This document shows positions 22,682 through 35,350 of a DNA stretch of 64,000 bases, one piece after another (position 1 is the first letter of the stretch; each line of letters opens with the position of its first letter). The notes under the pieces were generated by a model. The model saw nothing but the letters and a program-made list of their open reading frames with translations. It did no database searches and was not told where the DNA came from. A program made the translations under genes and the position numbers. The DNA is from Amoebophrya sp. A120. Taxonomy: Eukaryota > Protista > Dinoflagellata. The DNA is taken from contig CAJINV010000004.1 in the NCBI GenBank assembly GCA_905178155.1, forward strand, positions 1,661,034 to 1,725,033. The letters run 5' to 3'.

Positions 22682-25600
22682 ATGCGGCGGCAGGGCACCA
22701 CCAGCTCGTCCTCTGGCGGTGCTGGCGATAGGGATCCTTCCTCTCACTTGTTTCAGGACAATGGGAAAGAGGTAGTCTACAATAGGACTTCAAATGGAGC
22801 CGGTCAACACCCACACAGCACGGGCACTGCAGGCCGCACGACCAACCACACATATAATATCAACAACGCCAATGGAGCAGGACAGCTACAGGAGGGGCCA
22901 CAACTACAAAGTGCCCCAGGCACGAGCGGAAGTGACCGGAGTCAAGGAACGACAACAGGTCCAGGATATAATACTACCTGCTACGCAGTGAACAAGAGGG
23001 CAACTTCTACGATCAACCAGGACCTGGAGCTAGAGCAGTACAATTTTGATCACTCGTTGATCGGCGCCATAGCAAACTTCGGGACCGGAAGCAGGACGGC
23101 AAATAGTGGTAATTCCGCGTCCTCCTCTCACGTGGTAGACATTGGTGGAATTATCCCACCTCCGCACGAAGTTGTAGAGACCGCCCCTAATTGCGATTAT
23201 AGCCGCAATTTTTATCCAGGAACAATAGTGAATGAGAGCGATTTATTTTACAACGACGCAGCAGCCGCACACGAAGATCCTAGTGCACCACACCAGCAAG
23301 AAATATTCCAGTTTACCGCGTTCCAGGACTACATGGTAACAACTACGCGGCCGAAATCCAGCAAGAACGGCGTTAGCTTTTCCAGCACGCACACCGAGGG
23401 CTTCCACCGCATGCCGCTGAAATTTTCCGCTGCGAGTTTCAAGGCGGCGGCGGAAAAGGCCGGTCCCTTCGAGGGCTCCGCGGCCGAAGCCAAGGCCAAG
23501 GCGGAGGCCGCCGAGAAGGAAGCCGCTACAAAAGCAGGAGGAGGTGAGGCTGCTGCTGCACCAGCGGTTGTTCCGAAAGCGGCGAAAACCGCGCCGGCCG
23601 GGTTCGGTTTAATGAAGGCAAAGGCTGCAGCAGGAACAGAAGCTGGTACAACAGCAGCAGAGACTGCTGCTGCTGCTGCTGCACCAAAAGCGGCCGCAGC
23701 ACCTGCAGCAGGAGACGGAGCTGCGGTAAAACCAAAGGGGCTGGGTGGTTTACTCGGGAAAAAGGCAGCGCCCGCGGCCTTGGCGACCCCGGAAACGAGT
23801 CCCGCAGGCGTGGTGGAGAATAAGGCAGCCAGCAAAGTCACGTTCGATGTGGCGGATACTAAAGGGGGAGATAACGGAACAGCCAGTGCGGATAGCTCAA
23901 CAACTATCCTGAGTAAAAACGTACCCACACCAGAGTCAGGATGAGGATTTTGCAACACAAACCTAGGAGTTTTGTGAGTCGCGCATGACAAAATGCACTA
24001 TGCAGTGTAGTGCAGGTTAGCAAGTGCAGCCGCGTCACAGATTCATCTGCTCATCCTGTTCACAGCATCACAAATTCCAAAACACGATTGGAAATGGCTC
24101 TCATGGGGATGCGCATTACAAGTCTTCCTGTCTTTGCAAATCTGCATTACAACTCTGGTGTGGGTACGTTTTTACTCAGGATAACAACTAATACACCCAA
24201 ACCCAAGGGTCTGGGCGGTCTGTTCGGTAAGAAGGCTACGGCTATTTCGCCCGAGGCAGGAGCTGCTGCCAACGGCGACGCAGCTACAGCGCCCGCCGCG
24301 GGTGGAGAAGATAATGGTACCACGACACCCAAAGCGGCTTCGAGCCCCCTACTTGGCGGCTTAGGAAAAGCAAAATCCCCCGGCGCGGGGCTCGGCGGAC
24401 TGCTGGGCGGAAAAGCCGGAGGACCAGCAGGAGATGCGGCGAACGGCGCGGCGCCGAAAACGCCGGGCGCGGGGCTCGGCGGGCTGCTGGGCGGCAAGCC
24501 AAAGAGCGGAACGGGGGGATTGTCCATGACACAGCTGATGATGGCCAAAAAAACCGCGGCCAAAGTGAAGGAAAAGGCGAAGAGGCTCCGGGAGGAAAAG
24601 ATGGCGCACTTGAAGGCGCTGCCGCCCTTGCAGAAACCCAACCCGATCGAGAGGAAAAAGAAGATGCGGGACCCCGACGCCCGGGCCAGCATGACCCCCA
24701 TCCAGAGATTTGTTACCACCAAGGGGTTCGACGGCTCTATCGGCCTGGCCATCGCGCTCAACGTGCTGTTCATGGGCTTCGAATATCAATTGTCGGAGAA
24801 GGACGTTGAAAGCGACGATATACAGATACTAATTCTGGTATAGATAAACTACACTTGATGTTACTTGAATGAGGATAACCATAACATCTTTGACCTTGCA
24901 GTGCATAGTGAAGATGAAGTTCAACAAGAAGTAGAAGATTCATTCCTGCTGCGACACGAGATTCTTTGCAAGAACCCATTTATGATCATTTGAACATGAG
25001 TCGATGTCGGTCACTATAAACGTTCACTTCGCTATTTTGTACGTAGAGTCCTCTACTTCTGTTGAACAAACCACTCTACTAGGCAGTGACCTGCTTAAAC
25101 CCTAATGCAACGACCTATCACTGCACAACTTGTATACGCCTTTTGTTTTTCATCTAAGTACCACTATCGCTAGACTACACAAAATCGATCGGAGCGTATC
25201 AACAAACCAATCTGGACATCATCACAGGTAACGGATCTTTTCTTCCTGGCGATCTTTACCGGTGAGTTAGCTGCGCGCGTGACGGCTTTTGGGTGGCGTT
25301 TGATGTTTTCCGAGCTCACCTACATACTAGATGTCGTGGTCGTCTTCACCGGGTTGATTTCCGAGATCATCATGCCGATAGCCGCGGGGACGTTCATGCA
25401 GCTCTCCACCAGTAACTCCCCGGTGCTCAACCTGGTCCGGTCCATGCGCGCCCTCCGTGCGCTCCGTGTCCTCCGCGTGCTGACCATGTTTGAGCAACTC
25501 TGGCACGTCGTGGAGCTCTTCTTTTTCTCCTTGACCCCGCTCGCCTGGGCGGTGGGCTTCATCCTGGTGGTGATTTTCCTGTTCGCGATCTTCTCCATCG

Positions 25601-28600
25601 TGCTCATCGGCCGCGCGTCGATGGGCGATAGTCCGGAGGTGGTCACCGCGCAGCAGGACTTTTACACGACTTCCTATCCTGAGCAAAAATGTCCCCACCC
25701 CAGAGTTGTCATGCAAATCTGCATGCCAAAAAAGTTTCTCATGCGGAGCCCCATGAGAGCCATTTTCTAGTCGTGTTTCGGGATTTGTGATGCTAGAATC
25801 AGAATGACGTGCTAGATCTGTGATGCTACGGAACTACCTAAACAGGACTACACTACAAGGACAAATTTGTCATGCGAAACAACCAAAGCTGGTTGATTTG
25901 TCTAGCAGATCTCCCGTGCCCACTCTGGTGTGGGGACGTTTTTACACAGGATACCTCCGAAGCCTTGATTACGCTGTTCTCCATCATGACATTAGACGGG
26001 TGGACGACCAGTACCAAACCTTTATTCTCCGAGTACACGTGGACCTACTTCTGGTTTTTGTTCTTCATCTCCATCTATCAAATGCAAAAGTGTCTGGGTC
26101 TGGGAGATTGCGAGAGTTGTCATGCTAGTCTGGCATGACTCTGAGCTGGTCGCGAACAGCTCCTCCTCCCACTCTCTGTCATGCAAAAACGCAGTTTCTC
26201 ATGCGGTGTAAGCAACAACTCAGAACCATGAAAAAAACTTGTCATGCTTGGCAGCGCAACATTATAGTGAGTTCACTATTCCCTATCCCTTTCTTGCATC
26301 ACAGACCCAGACATATTTGCAATGCATACCATCTCGGCCTTCTCGCTCATGAACCTGATCACGGTCACCGTCTTGGAGACCGCTCGGGCACAGCAGGTCT
26401 ATGCAAGAAAAAAACTGTGTAAGTGTAAATTTGTGTTGCAGAACATGCAACAGCGTTACACCTGTCATGCCAGACAGCCATGAAGTCCTCTCTTCGTGTG
26501 TGTTTTCCCTTACAAGCCACGCATGACAGGTTTTCTGTGTCATGTAGAGCAAATTTGTGATGCTGTTCCTCAAAGAAAGTTACACTTACACACTTTTTTT
26601 CCTGGATAAGGTCCTGGTGCAGACCAACACGGAAATCGACCTGAAGACGCAGGAAATTGCGGATTTGTTGGACTTTCCGGGAGAGGAGGAACAGACGACG
26701 AAGGAATACTTCATCGAAAACTGGCACAAAAACCGGGCGTTGAGGTTCTTTTTCATACATTTTTTGTACGATATGGATTTGGATATTGAAATTTTTCTTT
26801 ACCGATCGATGCCCTACTACTTTTAGCTTATAGTACAAGAACCCTAGTAAAAGGTTAGTAGTACTACTAGTATCTATTGCTCACACGATCAATTAATCAC
26901 CAAAAAATCATGTCAAATTTATTACTTCAAAACCCTCAGGCTACTGTTCGAGAAGCTGCACCTGAACGCGGCCGACGCCACGGGTTTCTTCGAGGCCCTG
27001 GATATCGACGGTAGCGGCGGTTTGGACCACTTCGAGTTGGCCACCACGTACATGGAGCTCGTCTCCTCCGTGATGCTATCAAATGCAAATATATCTGGGT
27101 CTAACAACCGAAACTTGTAATGCTGTGTTGGGAATAGTGAATGCTCTGTAATGCCCAGCCAAGCATGTGCATGAGAAATGTCTGCGCTTCGTTGCGTAGT
27201 TGCGTTTTTCGCATGACAAACTGCGTTTTTGCATGACAGACGAAAGGGTCTCTTCTTGGACAGCGCGCATCAGAAACTTTTTGGTCATCCCAGAGAAGCA
27301 TGACAAGTCTCGCAATCTTCCAGACCCAGACACTTTTGCATTTGATAGATGCACGCGCCGCACAACATCGCGCTGATCCGTTCCGTATCCTGTGCAAAAG
27401 TATCGTACTTGTATTGCAATCATGCATTACAAGTCTTGTTCTACTTAAGGTAAATCGAAATCCACATTACAAATTTTATTTCTCATGCTGAGGAAATTTG
27501 TAATGCATTTATGCGAGTGCGATACTTTTGCAATGCATATTCCGCCTGCGACCCGGCGGAGAAATCCAAGTTGCTGAAATCGACCATGCTTCAGTCGCAG
27601 CAGGGGCGGTTCGTGGCGGAGTTCCGCGAGGCGCGGGCGGACGAGAAGCAGTTCCAGGACAAGCAGGACGCGGACCTGGCCGCGGAGCGGCAGAAGGCGC
27701 AGTCGGACCGAAACTTGATGCGGCAGGAGCTGGAGAGTATGCGCAAGGAGATGACGGAACTGAAAGAGCTGATCAAAGACCTGAAGGACGCCGGGCCGCC
27801 GGTGATGCTTATCAAATGCAAAAATGTCTGGAAACCTGTGATGCTAAAATGTGGATGATGGAAACAGTTCCGACTGCAGCCCAGCGTGACAACTTTCCAG
27901 AACGCTCTCTCATAGGCGATCCGCATGAGAAACTGCGTTTTTGCATGTGCAAAAAAGGCTGCGACTTTTGTTGGTTATGCAACACAGATTTTCTAGGTTT
28001 GGCAAGCTAGCATTACAAGTTCCAACCATCCAGACCCAGACATTTTTGCAGCTGATAATGCCCGTGAATCTGCAAAAACTCATACGAGAGTCCGACACGG
28101 GGAACGAGGGAACCAACGATTTACTGGATCTCACCATCGACTCCGTACCCGCGGGCGGACAAACAGGAGCAGCAGTTATCAAATGCAAAAATGTCTGGGT
28201 TTGGAGGAATGCAAGCTTGTCATTCTTGTCTGGCATGACTCGACGATATTAATCTGTGTTGCATAGGCACGAAAAGGCCCTCTACTTACCTGTCATGCAA
28301 AAACGCAGTTTGTCATGCGGAATACGTAAGAAATGGGAGCCAAGAAATTTGTCATGCATACCATAGCTGCGTATTGCAGTGCGTCTACCATTCACTTTTA
28401 GCATTACAAGTTTCCAGACCCAGACATATTTGCAATGCATAGCTGTAGTTGCCTCACCAAAGAAGTCGCCAGCTGGGAAGAAAAAATCACCAGGAGGAAC
28501 GCCTATCAAATGCAAATATGTCTGGGTCTGGAGAATACAAACTTGTGATGCGCATTTCAGATCACAGAAAAATCTCTCATGCATAGGCAGCAAAAAGTTT

Positions 28601-28868
28601 CCACTTTCTGTCACCAAAATGGGGGATTTGTCATGCGGATTCGGCATCGCAAACGCTTTTCGAAACCTGTGATGCTAGAGCTTCCATGCCAGACTTTCTG
28701 TGTCATGCAAAAACAGCATGAGTCTTCCAGACCCAGACATTTTTACAGTTGATAACGCCGAAGAAAAAACCAAAGACGGCGGGGAAGAAGAAAAAGTCCA
28801 AGGGAAATAACGGCGGTGCGACGGATGGGGGAGCAACGAGCGGAAAGGACTCCGACGATGAGAAGTGA
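22682..28868 (+). CDS. Single-domain voltage-gated cation channel (Ion_trans; BacNav/CatSper/EukCat-like) with C-terminal EF-hand and coiled coil; start uncertain (22682 or 23411)
   Basis: S1 FDGSIGLAIALNVLFMG, S4 VRSMRALRALRVLRVL, pore TLFSIMTLDGW, S6 LMNLIT, EF-hand DIDGSGGLDHFE; 9 IEs, GT-AG introns 24838-25227 and 26745-26939; stop TGA 28868. Confidence 0.85.
23905..24183. mobile_element. IE, TATCCTGAGTAAAAACGT family (F6)
   Basis: 32-bp TIR; TSD acaac/acaac. Confidence 0.95.
25675..25953. mobile_element. IE F6
   Basis: flanks cttcc/cctcc. Confidence 0.9.
26076..26328. mobile_element. IE F1
   Basis: TSD ccatc/ccatc. Confidence 0.92.
26400..26608. mobile_element. IE F4 (reverse orientation vs 14987)
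   Basis: TSD aggtc/aggtc. Confidence 0.92.
27077..27347. mobile_element. IE F1
   Basis: TSD gatgc/gatgc. Confidence 0.92.
27386..27539. mobile_element. IE F2
   Basis: TSD ttccg/ttccg. Confidence 0.92.
27810..28057. mobile_element. IE F1
   Basis: flanks atgct/atgcc. Confidence 0.9.
28177..28441. mobile_element. IE F1
   Basis: flanks gcagt/gctgt. Confidence 0.9.
28504..28754. mobile_element. IE F1
   Basis: TSD acgcc/acgcc. Confidence 0.92.
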
Positions 28869-29008
28869 GCAGTTCTTTGCATCGACAGCAAGAACACGGC
28901 TGTGTTGAGGACTGAAAAGTACTTTGTAACAAACAAAATTAATTGAAGTACTGTCTGTCGCGCACAGAAGTTCTTGTGGTAAGTAGTCGTTCGTACCAGC
29001 ATTTTTGA

Positions 29009-29083
29009 TTTGACGCCTTTTTATTTACTATCTGACGCCTTTTTTATTTACTATTTGACACCTTTTTATTTACTATTTTGACC
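29009..29083. repeat. ~23-bp tandem repeat x3 (tgacgcctttttatttactat)
   Basis: Direct reading. Confidence 0.7.
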
Positions 29084-30487
29084 TTTTTTTTTTCTAACGA
29101 ATAAATCACATCAACATAATCAAGCAAAACCCGAAAAAGCAATTCGATGAAGGTCGCAAAGCTAATATCCCTCCTCCCCACGGGGGGTCGTGGTTTGGCG
29201 GCTACAGCATTTTTCAGCAAGTCTGATCTTCGCAGACGGTGACGTAACAAAATCACAACCCTTTTTCAGATTCTAGAAACTCACAACTTCACAAGAACCA
29301 CAACCCCGCACCGCCCAAAAAACCTCGAGAATGGTGACACTTCATCTTGCGGACGACGACTTCTCAAACAAGAGACGAGCGGCGCAGAAGTTAGGAGTCG
29401 GTGGATTCTATCTACATGCGCGGCTGCTCGTCGTGCCTGCTCCCGAGCAAGATGGAGTACTAAAGTCACCATTTTCATCTTCGTAAAATACGACACCAGT
29501 AGTACCCCTGAAAGATTTTTTACCTGCCTAATAGATCATACTTGTGAGGAGAATCAAAGTACACTAAGAATACTATGTGGATTTTTACCGGTCTTGTTGA
29601 AGCACAGGACCTGTTTTTACATCAACCCCGCGCGGCGCTGTCTAGGATAGGACCTCATCCTACAAGACAAGAAAAATCTTGACATTTCTCTTTTTTTTTC
29701 GCTTTTTTTCCTCCTTGTCTATTTCTATTGCGTTCGACGGCGTTCTTGTCACGGCAGAAGTTCTTGCTTCTGCTTTTTTGGCAACTGCCTTGCGATGCCG
29801 CTCATGAAAAACTTAATGGTGTTCCAACTCAATCGGTTCTGGAAGTGAGGTATTTGGAACGAGGATGAGATCACGCGCCAGGCATATGGGAGGACTGTGT
29901 CTGTGCATTATCGAGATCATCGCCATCGGTGAACCTAGAAGTGCCACAAGATCATTGAAAATCGATCCGTTTCCGTGTGATCCGATCGCTCTGCTGGTGA
30001 TACAGAAAGTACTTTCAATAAAAACCGATCGCGATCCAAGAAAACAAAATGTTGCGAAAATACATGGTCCACCCGCTCATGATCCACCCGCTCTTGCGAA
30101 AAAAATCGACATCAAGATCCACCCGCTCGTGATCTACTTAATCTTGATTGATTTGTCGGTCTTTATTGTGCCTATTACTTACACTAATTATATACGGATT
30201 TTGATTTATTTTCCAAGCAAAGCTTTTTTATCTTCTTCGCGTGAAACGCAAACCACAGGGACGAGGAGTGTAACAGGAACGTACGTATCATGAACAACGA
30301 AGTATTGGACGAACAAGCTAGAGTTATTGTAGGCCAGGAGATAGAAGAGTCTAAATCTATCAACAGCAGCAGCAGGTGTTTTTCGAACTTTTTTCTTCTC
30401 CTCTCTTTTCGAAACTTATCCCCATTCCGTTCTACTAGAAACAGCATCAGCCTCCGCGTGGATAAAGATGATATCAAATAACCTAAA

Positions 30488-33400
30488 ATGAGCCAAATAA
30501 ACCACGACGGCGTAGCGGGGGCGCAAGACCAAGAGGACGGTAAACAAAAAGTGGTGGACGACAACTTTTTGTTCACAGACGACGAAGATGTGTTGGACAC
30601 CACCGAGGAGAACGTGTCCTCTTCGGATGAAGAACACAACAACTCCACCGGCGCAGCACGACGGCGCCCGCGGTCAACATCTAGTCCATCATCTTGCCTG
30701 TCGTCCACCCCAAGAGTTATGTCAAAGAACCGCGAAGATGAAGAAGAAGATGAGGATGATGATGATGATGATGATGAGCAATTACATCTCCACGACCTAG
30801 AATCAGCCTCGTCCAAGAATTTCCTCTTCCCCCCCAAGGACCTGCAAGATGAAGCCGAGGACCTGCAAGAGGAGCTGGACCGGCAGCGCAATGTAAACCA
30901 GACGGTGCAGCTGCATCGCAAAAAAACCGTGAACCTGCACACGTTTGCCGAAGATTTACAACAGCACGAAGACGGCATTCTGGCGACTTTTGTTTTCTCG
31001 GACGCACTGGACCAGCTTGCGGATGAAATGCTGCTGCAGCAGGAAGAAGAACCAGTAAAAAATCTTAAAAGCGCATCAAGCGACCAACAAGAACCGCAAC
31101 CGGCTCTACTCCGCAGTATTGCAACCGCGGGTTGGAAATGGTTGTGCGAGAACTTCTACGGTAGCGGGGCCGCGGGGACGAGGAGTAGATCCTCTTCTGC
31201 TCCTGACGAGGAAGCTCCAAACCACCTTCTCCACGACTTCGTTCTTTCTTCGGAAAAAACGAGGCGAGGACTGGAACTGCTGTTTGGAATTGTAGGAGAA
31301 GAAGATCAAGAAGAAGAACAAAACGGCAGCAGTTCCTCCCAAAGGCAAAGAAGTGGTGGAAGAAGGACGAACCGCAAGCAGATGAACCAGGTAGACGAAC
31401 AAAAACTGTTGATCAAAGAGCAAAAGTTCCTGTTCCACTTACACAAAACCTACCACGAGAAATACAGCGAGACACAGCTGCTCGAAGATCCGGTGAGCGA
31501 TTCGTGCCCGCCATCTGCAGACGTGAGCGGGCTGCAATTTGAGACGTTAACCGACGACATTGACTTCTTCCTACAACTACGTAGGAAAAACGCGCATCTG
31601 CTGCCTTCCTTCTATAATTCCCTCGAAGGACCACGACGACCTGGAGCACGAAATAAAATCGGAACGACGTCGGAAGAAAACAAGAACAGACGTCTTGACG
31701 CCGAGCGAATGATGCAAGGGCGAGATGAAATCGTCCAGGAGCTCGAAAGCCTCCCGGTTCCCGAAACAAGCTTACTTGAATTCAGCTACGAGAGGCGAAA
31801 GGAGCGGTTTCAGCACTACAAATCCGCTTGCTATAATTCCGCGCTTTTGTTCAACCCTTGTCTAAAGGTCATCCCGCGGGGCTCGGCGGGATCGCAAATG
31901 AAGAGGCCCATCCATCAGGTTCAGTGCCCGCATGTTGCGAAGTTCACGGAGCGGCAGCAATTCAAGTTGATGCGGGAAAAAAGCTTGCTAATGCGGGAGG
32001 AGGAGGAGGAGGAGGAGGACGATGATGATGAGGATCAACATGCGCTCGGTCGTTTTGATGATGGCGGGCACCAGGATATGAACTCCTACTCAGATCATGG
32101 CACAACTCCTGCCGGGTCGTCTCTCCTGGCGATGGGTCAAGATCATGCTGAACACCAACAGAATGGTACTAAACCGATGAAAGATGAGTTGGATGCGTTG
32201 TTTGAAGATGACGAGGAGGACGACGACGAAAATAGGCCTCTGCTTGTCGGAGGAGCAGGCGAGATGAACTACAACTACCCTGAACATCATGTGGATGATG
32301 AGGTGGAGGACCAAGACCATCTCTCGCTCAACGCACAAGACAAAGACTTCGATATGGAGATGGAGCCGCAGGGGGTACTGGATGAAGTTGAAGAAAACGA
32401 TGAACGGGAAAAAATAGATGTTGGGCCCCAACAAGAACAACCAGCAGAAGTTTTTTCTTCCAGCAAGGAAAGCGAAGTTGAAGAAGGTGGACCACTGCGT
32501 GGACGTCGAGGAGGAGGTGCTGATACAGCGTCTGCTGCTGCTGGTCGCTCTTCTTCTCCATTGACAAAGAGGAGAAAGAAGATGACAGGCCGCGACCAGG
32601 AAGTAGGAGAAGATGATGACCAGCAAACTTTCGACCTGGTAGCTGCCACGCAAGAACAAGAAGTAGATAAAACTGTGGTGGACACTTCTAAAGAGCGTGA
32701 AGATCTTCAACAAGCCCTCGTCGAAGCAGATGTGGAACCAGCAGAACCACCGCATAATCATTTTGAAGATCAAGATCTAGCCAACGAGGAGATAAAAATG
32801 CTCCAAGACAGCAAGCTCAAGCAGCAGTCGCGTTTTTTGCCACTTCAGAAAGTTTTGGCGGAAGAGAAAGAGTGGTTTGAAAGAAAGAGGCGGCTGCAAG
32901 AAGAGAACGAGTGCAAACAAGATGAACAGCAGGACATCCTCCTCCGCATCTCCATCTTCGACCGTCGCGCCGAGAGCAAGGTGGACGAGCACATAGGAAA
33001 TAAAGCCGGTGGCGGTACTGGTGGTTCATCATCCACCACTTGCCCCGTCGAGCCGATTGGGAAAGTTTTGGAGAAGTGCGTGTTGGTCTGCGACGTGCTG
33101 GGATCCACGTTGCTGTCCGATTTTTCCCTGTTTTTGCTGGATCAGCTGCACCGCATGACACCCCAGTCCGGCGTGATCTCGACTTTTCCCTCAGGGGTAG
33201 AGTGCATTCTGGCGTGTCAAGACACCCTGTACGTGGCGCCGTTTCCGCAGTTTCGGGGATTTGAGGTAGTCTCGAGAAGGATTAATACGAGAAGAAGTGG
33301 GCAGCACGAAGAAGAAGAAAAAGCAGAGGGAGGTGATACTTGTGCCAGGTGGACCACCAACAGTTCTTGCGGGGAGTTTGTGGACCGTGTGGACGAGTGG

Positions 33401-34264
33401 TTGGATCTGAAATTTGGGAAGAAGAAAATGAATAAGGAGGAAATGTTAGCGATTGCGGACTTAGTTGAAGATGATCTTGCCAAGGACGATGAAGAGGAAA
33501 TAATGCCATGCGAGGACATGAATCAAAAACAAGTAGAGGAACCCGAGAAGTGGAACACCTCCACGACCGCGAACATCAATGAGCACAGCTGCGTCGAAGA
33601 AATGGAAACAAGCGACAACAAATCCACAGCGTCCACCGCAAAACAAAAAAAGACGTTGAACCCGAGAAGTGGTCCTCCGACGAGCCCCCGGGAAGAAGAT
33701 GCAAAAATAGTGAAAAAGCCGCAATCTGCGTTCCGGTTTCGGGACTTGTGGTCAACAACATCAGTATCTTCGTCTTCTTCTTCCTCAACCAGGAGCAGTA
33801 GTTCTTCAGAAGAGAACCAAGACTACACGAAGATGAGCACGATGAACCCCCTCCTCGAGATTGGCAGTTTGAACACACTACTTTTCGGCAGCAACACGGA
33901 AAAGTACCCCCACAACGTCGTCGTCGAGAACGTGACCTGGTTCAAACCCGACTCGCTCCACCACCCGAACGAGCACGAAGACCCACAGAAGGTGTTCGAC
34001 CTGGGCAGCCGGGTGCACGACGGCTCCTTTTCGTCAGGTTTGTCCTACCCCCGGGTGGTGGCAAAGACCCGCGTGTTTGTGCAAAGGTGCGACGCCTGCA
34101 CCAGTGCGACGGCGGACCTGGTGGTGCGGAATTTGAAGTATTCGAACAAGATGTACGCGTACAATCGGATCTGCAATAACTGTCTGGACAAACTTACCGG
34201 GGGGAAGGACCACCCGCTGGGCGGGAAAAACCTAAAAGCATACCCGCTCAACCAGATGCCGTGA
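30488..34264 (+). CDS. Divergent snRNA-activating protein complex subunit 3 (SNAP50/SNAPC3)-like, long acidic N-terminus, intronless
   Basis: ILLRISIF...VLGSTLLSDF and C-terminal YPRVVAKTRVFVQRCDACTSATADLVV...ICNNCLDKL...KAYP resemble the SNAP50 VLGSQxL motif and C-terminal CxxC...CxxC zinc finger ending AYP. Confidence 0.65.
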   Translation: MSQINHDGVAGAQDQEDGKQKVVDDNFLFTDDEDVLDTTEENVSSSDEEHNNSTGAARRRPRSTSSPSSCLSSTPRVMSKNREDEEEDEDDDDDDDEQLHLHDLESASSKNFLFPPKDLQDEAEDLQEELDRQRNVNQTVQLHRKKTVNLHTFAEDLQQHEDGILATFVFSDALDQLADEMLLQQEEEPVKNLKSASSDQQEPQPALLRSIATAGWKWLCENFYGSGAAGTRSRSSSAPDEEAPNHLLHDFVLSSEKTRRGLELLFGIVGEEDQEEEQNGSSSSQRQRSGGRRTNRKQMNQVDEQKLLIKEQKFLFHLHKTYHEKYSETQLLEDPVSDSCPPSADVSGLQFETLTDDIDFFLQLRRKNAHLLPSFYNSLEGPRRPGARNKIGTTSEENKNRRLDAERMMQGRDEIVQELESLPVPETSLLEFSYERRKERFQHYKSACYNSALLFNPCLKVIPRGSAGSQMKRPIHQVQCPHVAKFTERQQFKLMREKSLLMREEEEEEEDDDDEDQHALGRFDDGGHQDMNSYSDHGTTPAGSSLLAMGQDHAEHQQNGTKPMKDELDALFEDDEEDDDENRPLLVGGAGEMNYNYPEHHVDDEVEDQDHLSLNAQDKDFDMEMEPQGVLDEVEENDEREKIDVGPQQEQPAEVFSSSKESEVEEGGPLRGRRGGGADTASAAAGRSSSPLTKRRKKMTGRDQEVGEDDDQQTFDLVAATQEQEVDKTVVDTSKEREDLQQALVEADVEPAEPPHNHFEDQDLANEEIKMLQDSKLKQQSRFLPLQKVLAEEKEWFERKRRLQEENECKQDEQQDILLRISIFDRRAESKVDEHIGNKAGGGTGGSSSTTCPVEPIGKVLEKCVLVCDVLGSTLLSDFSLFLLDQLHRMTPQSGVISTFPSGVECILACQDTLYVAPFPQFRGFEVVSRRINTRRSGQHEEEEKAEGGDTCARWTTNSSCGEFVDRVDEWLDLKFGKKKMNKEEMLAIADLVEDDLAKDDEEEIMPCEDMNQKQVEEPEKWNTSTTANINEHSCVEEMETSDNKSTASTAKQKKTLNPRSGPPTSPREEDAKIVKKPQSAFRFRDLWSTTSVSSSSSSSTRSSSSSEENQDYTKMSTMNPLLEIGSLNTLLFGSNTEKYPHNVVVENVTWFKPDSLHHPNEHEDPQKVFDLGSRVHDGSFSSGLSYPRVVAKTRVFVQRCDACTSATADLVVRNLKYSNKMYAYNRICNNCLDKLTGGKDHPLGGKNLKAYPLNQMP

Positions 34265-35350
34265 AGAGAGGGAGCAGGAAGGATCTGGCAGGAGGGGATG
34301 TTGTGCATCTTTCACGTACTGTCAAGAGTATTCGTCTTCTTTCCAAATAAATCATCTCATAGATACAGTGACGCTTTGACTCATGAACAGGATGATGAAG
34401 TACAGCACATCAGTAGAACACCAACCAACACCGGCCAAAGTAGGGCTTCGGTTTTTGTGTGAAGTAGAAGAAAAAGTAAACTACAAGTATAAGAAAAAAT
34501 TCAAAGGAAAAAGAATATTGGTCCACCACCGCCGCTGCCGCAATGACAGTGGTCTGAGACTGCCGGAAAGGCACTACAGTATTGTTCTTCATCATCTGTG
34601 TTGTTGTAATAACCGTGCATGTCGTCGTCGTGTTAAAAGCCAGCGTGCCATGATTCACGACTGCTTTTTTCGTCCTCTCTGACGAGGCTTCCGCTTGTCC
34701 CATGATAGTGAAACTCATGGTTTCCAGTTTTGAGGGCTGCACTTTGTAGAGAAAAAATGGAGAAGGTCAAGGTTTCATTTCCATTGTCTCACTGGAAAGT
34801 TCTCAAAAGTGAGCGAGCTGACGTGTTGAATTTTTGCGAGTAGAGGTATGATTTCTTCATGAGAGATCGCAAGGAGCGCAGTTGTAACTTCATCTATTTA
34901 CTTACTCTAACTTGACAGAAAGTGAAAGAGAAGCACAAGCACAAAAGATGAGGCACTTGTTCTGTACGCGCGGCAAGGAGCTCCTGCTTAACTACACCGT
35001 CGTCGACGAGACACAGCAGCTACTCATGGTAGAGATGAAGGGGCGCACAGCAAAACCTAAAACCAGATGGTCCTCTCGCTGGACGGGGCAGGAGGAGCAA
35101 GATGAAACGCAGCAACAGCGTGGACGAACAAGCGTCAAATAAAGAAGTTGAAGGGTTGTAACAAGTAGAGCGACCGCGCAACGTCGTGGACGAGGAGATT
35201 ATCAACATCTTGGTTCTCCTCTTTGTAGCGAATTCTCTTTGGAGCCCCGGGTCTCACGGGTAGAGAGACACGAATCTTCCGCCCGAACCTAATTTCGCAC
35301 GTGAACAACAAGGACTACATCTCCGTACTGGTACTAGACAAACAGTCATC

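Noticed and set aside
23329-24773. Long minus-strand ORFs (also 44189-44863, 56272-57337)
   Set aside because: Antisense shadows of GC-rich plus-strand coding sequence.
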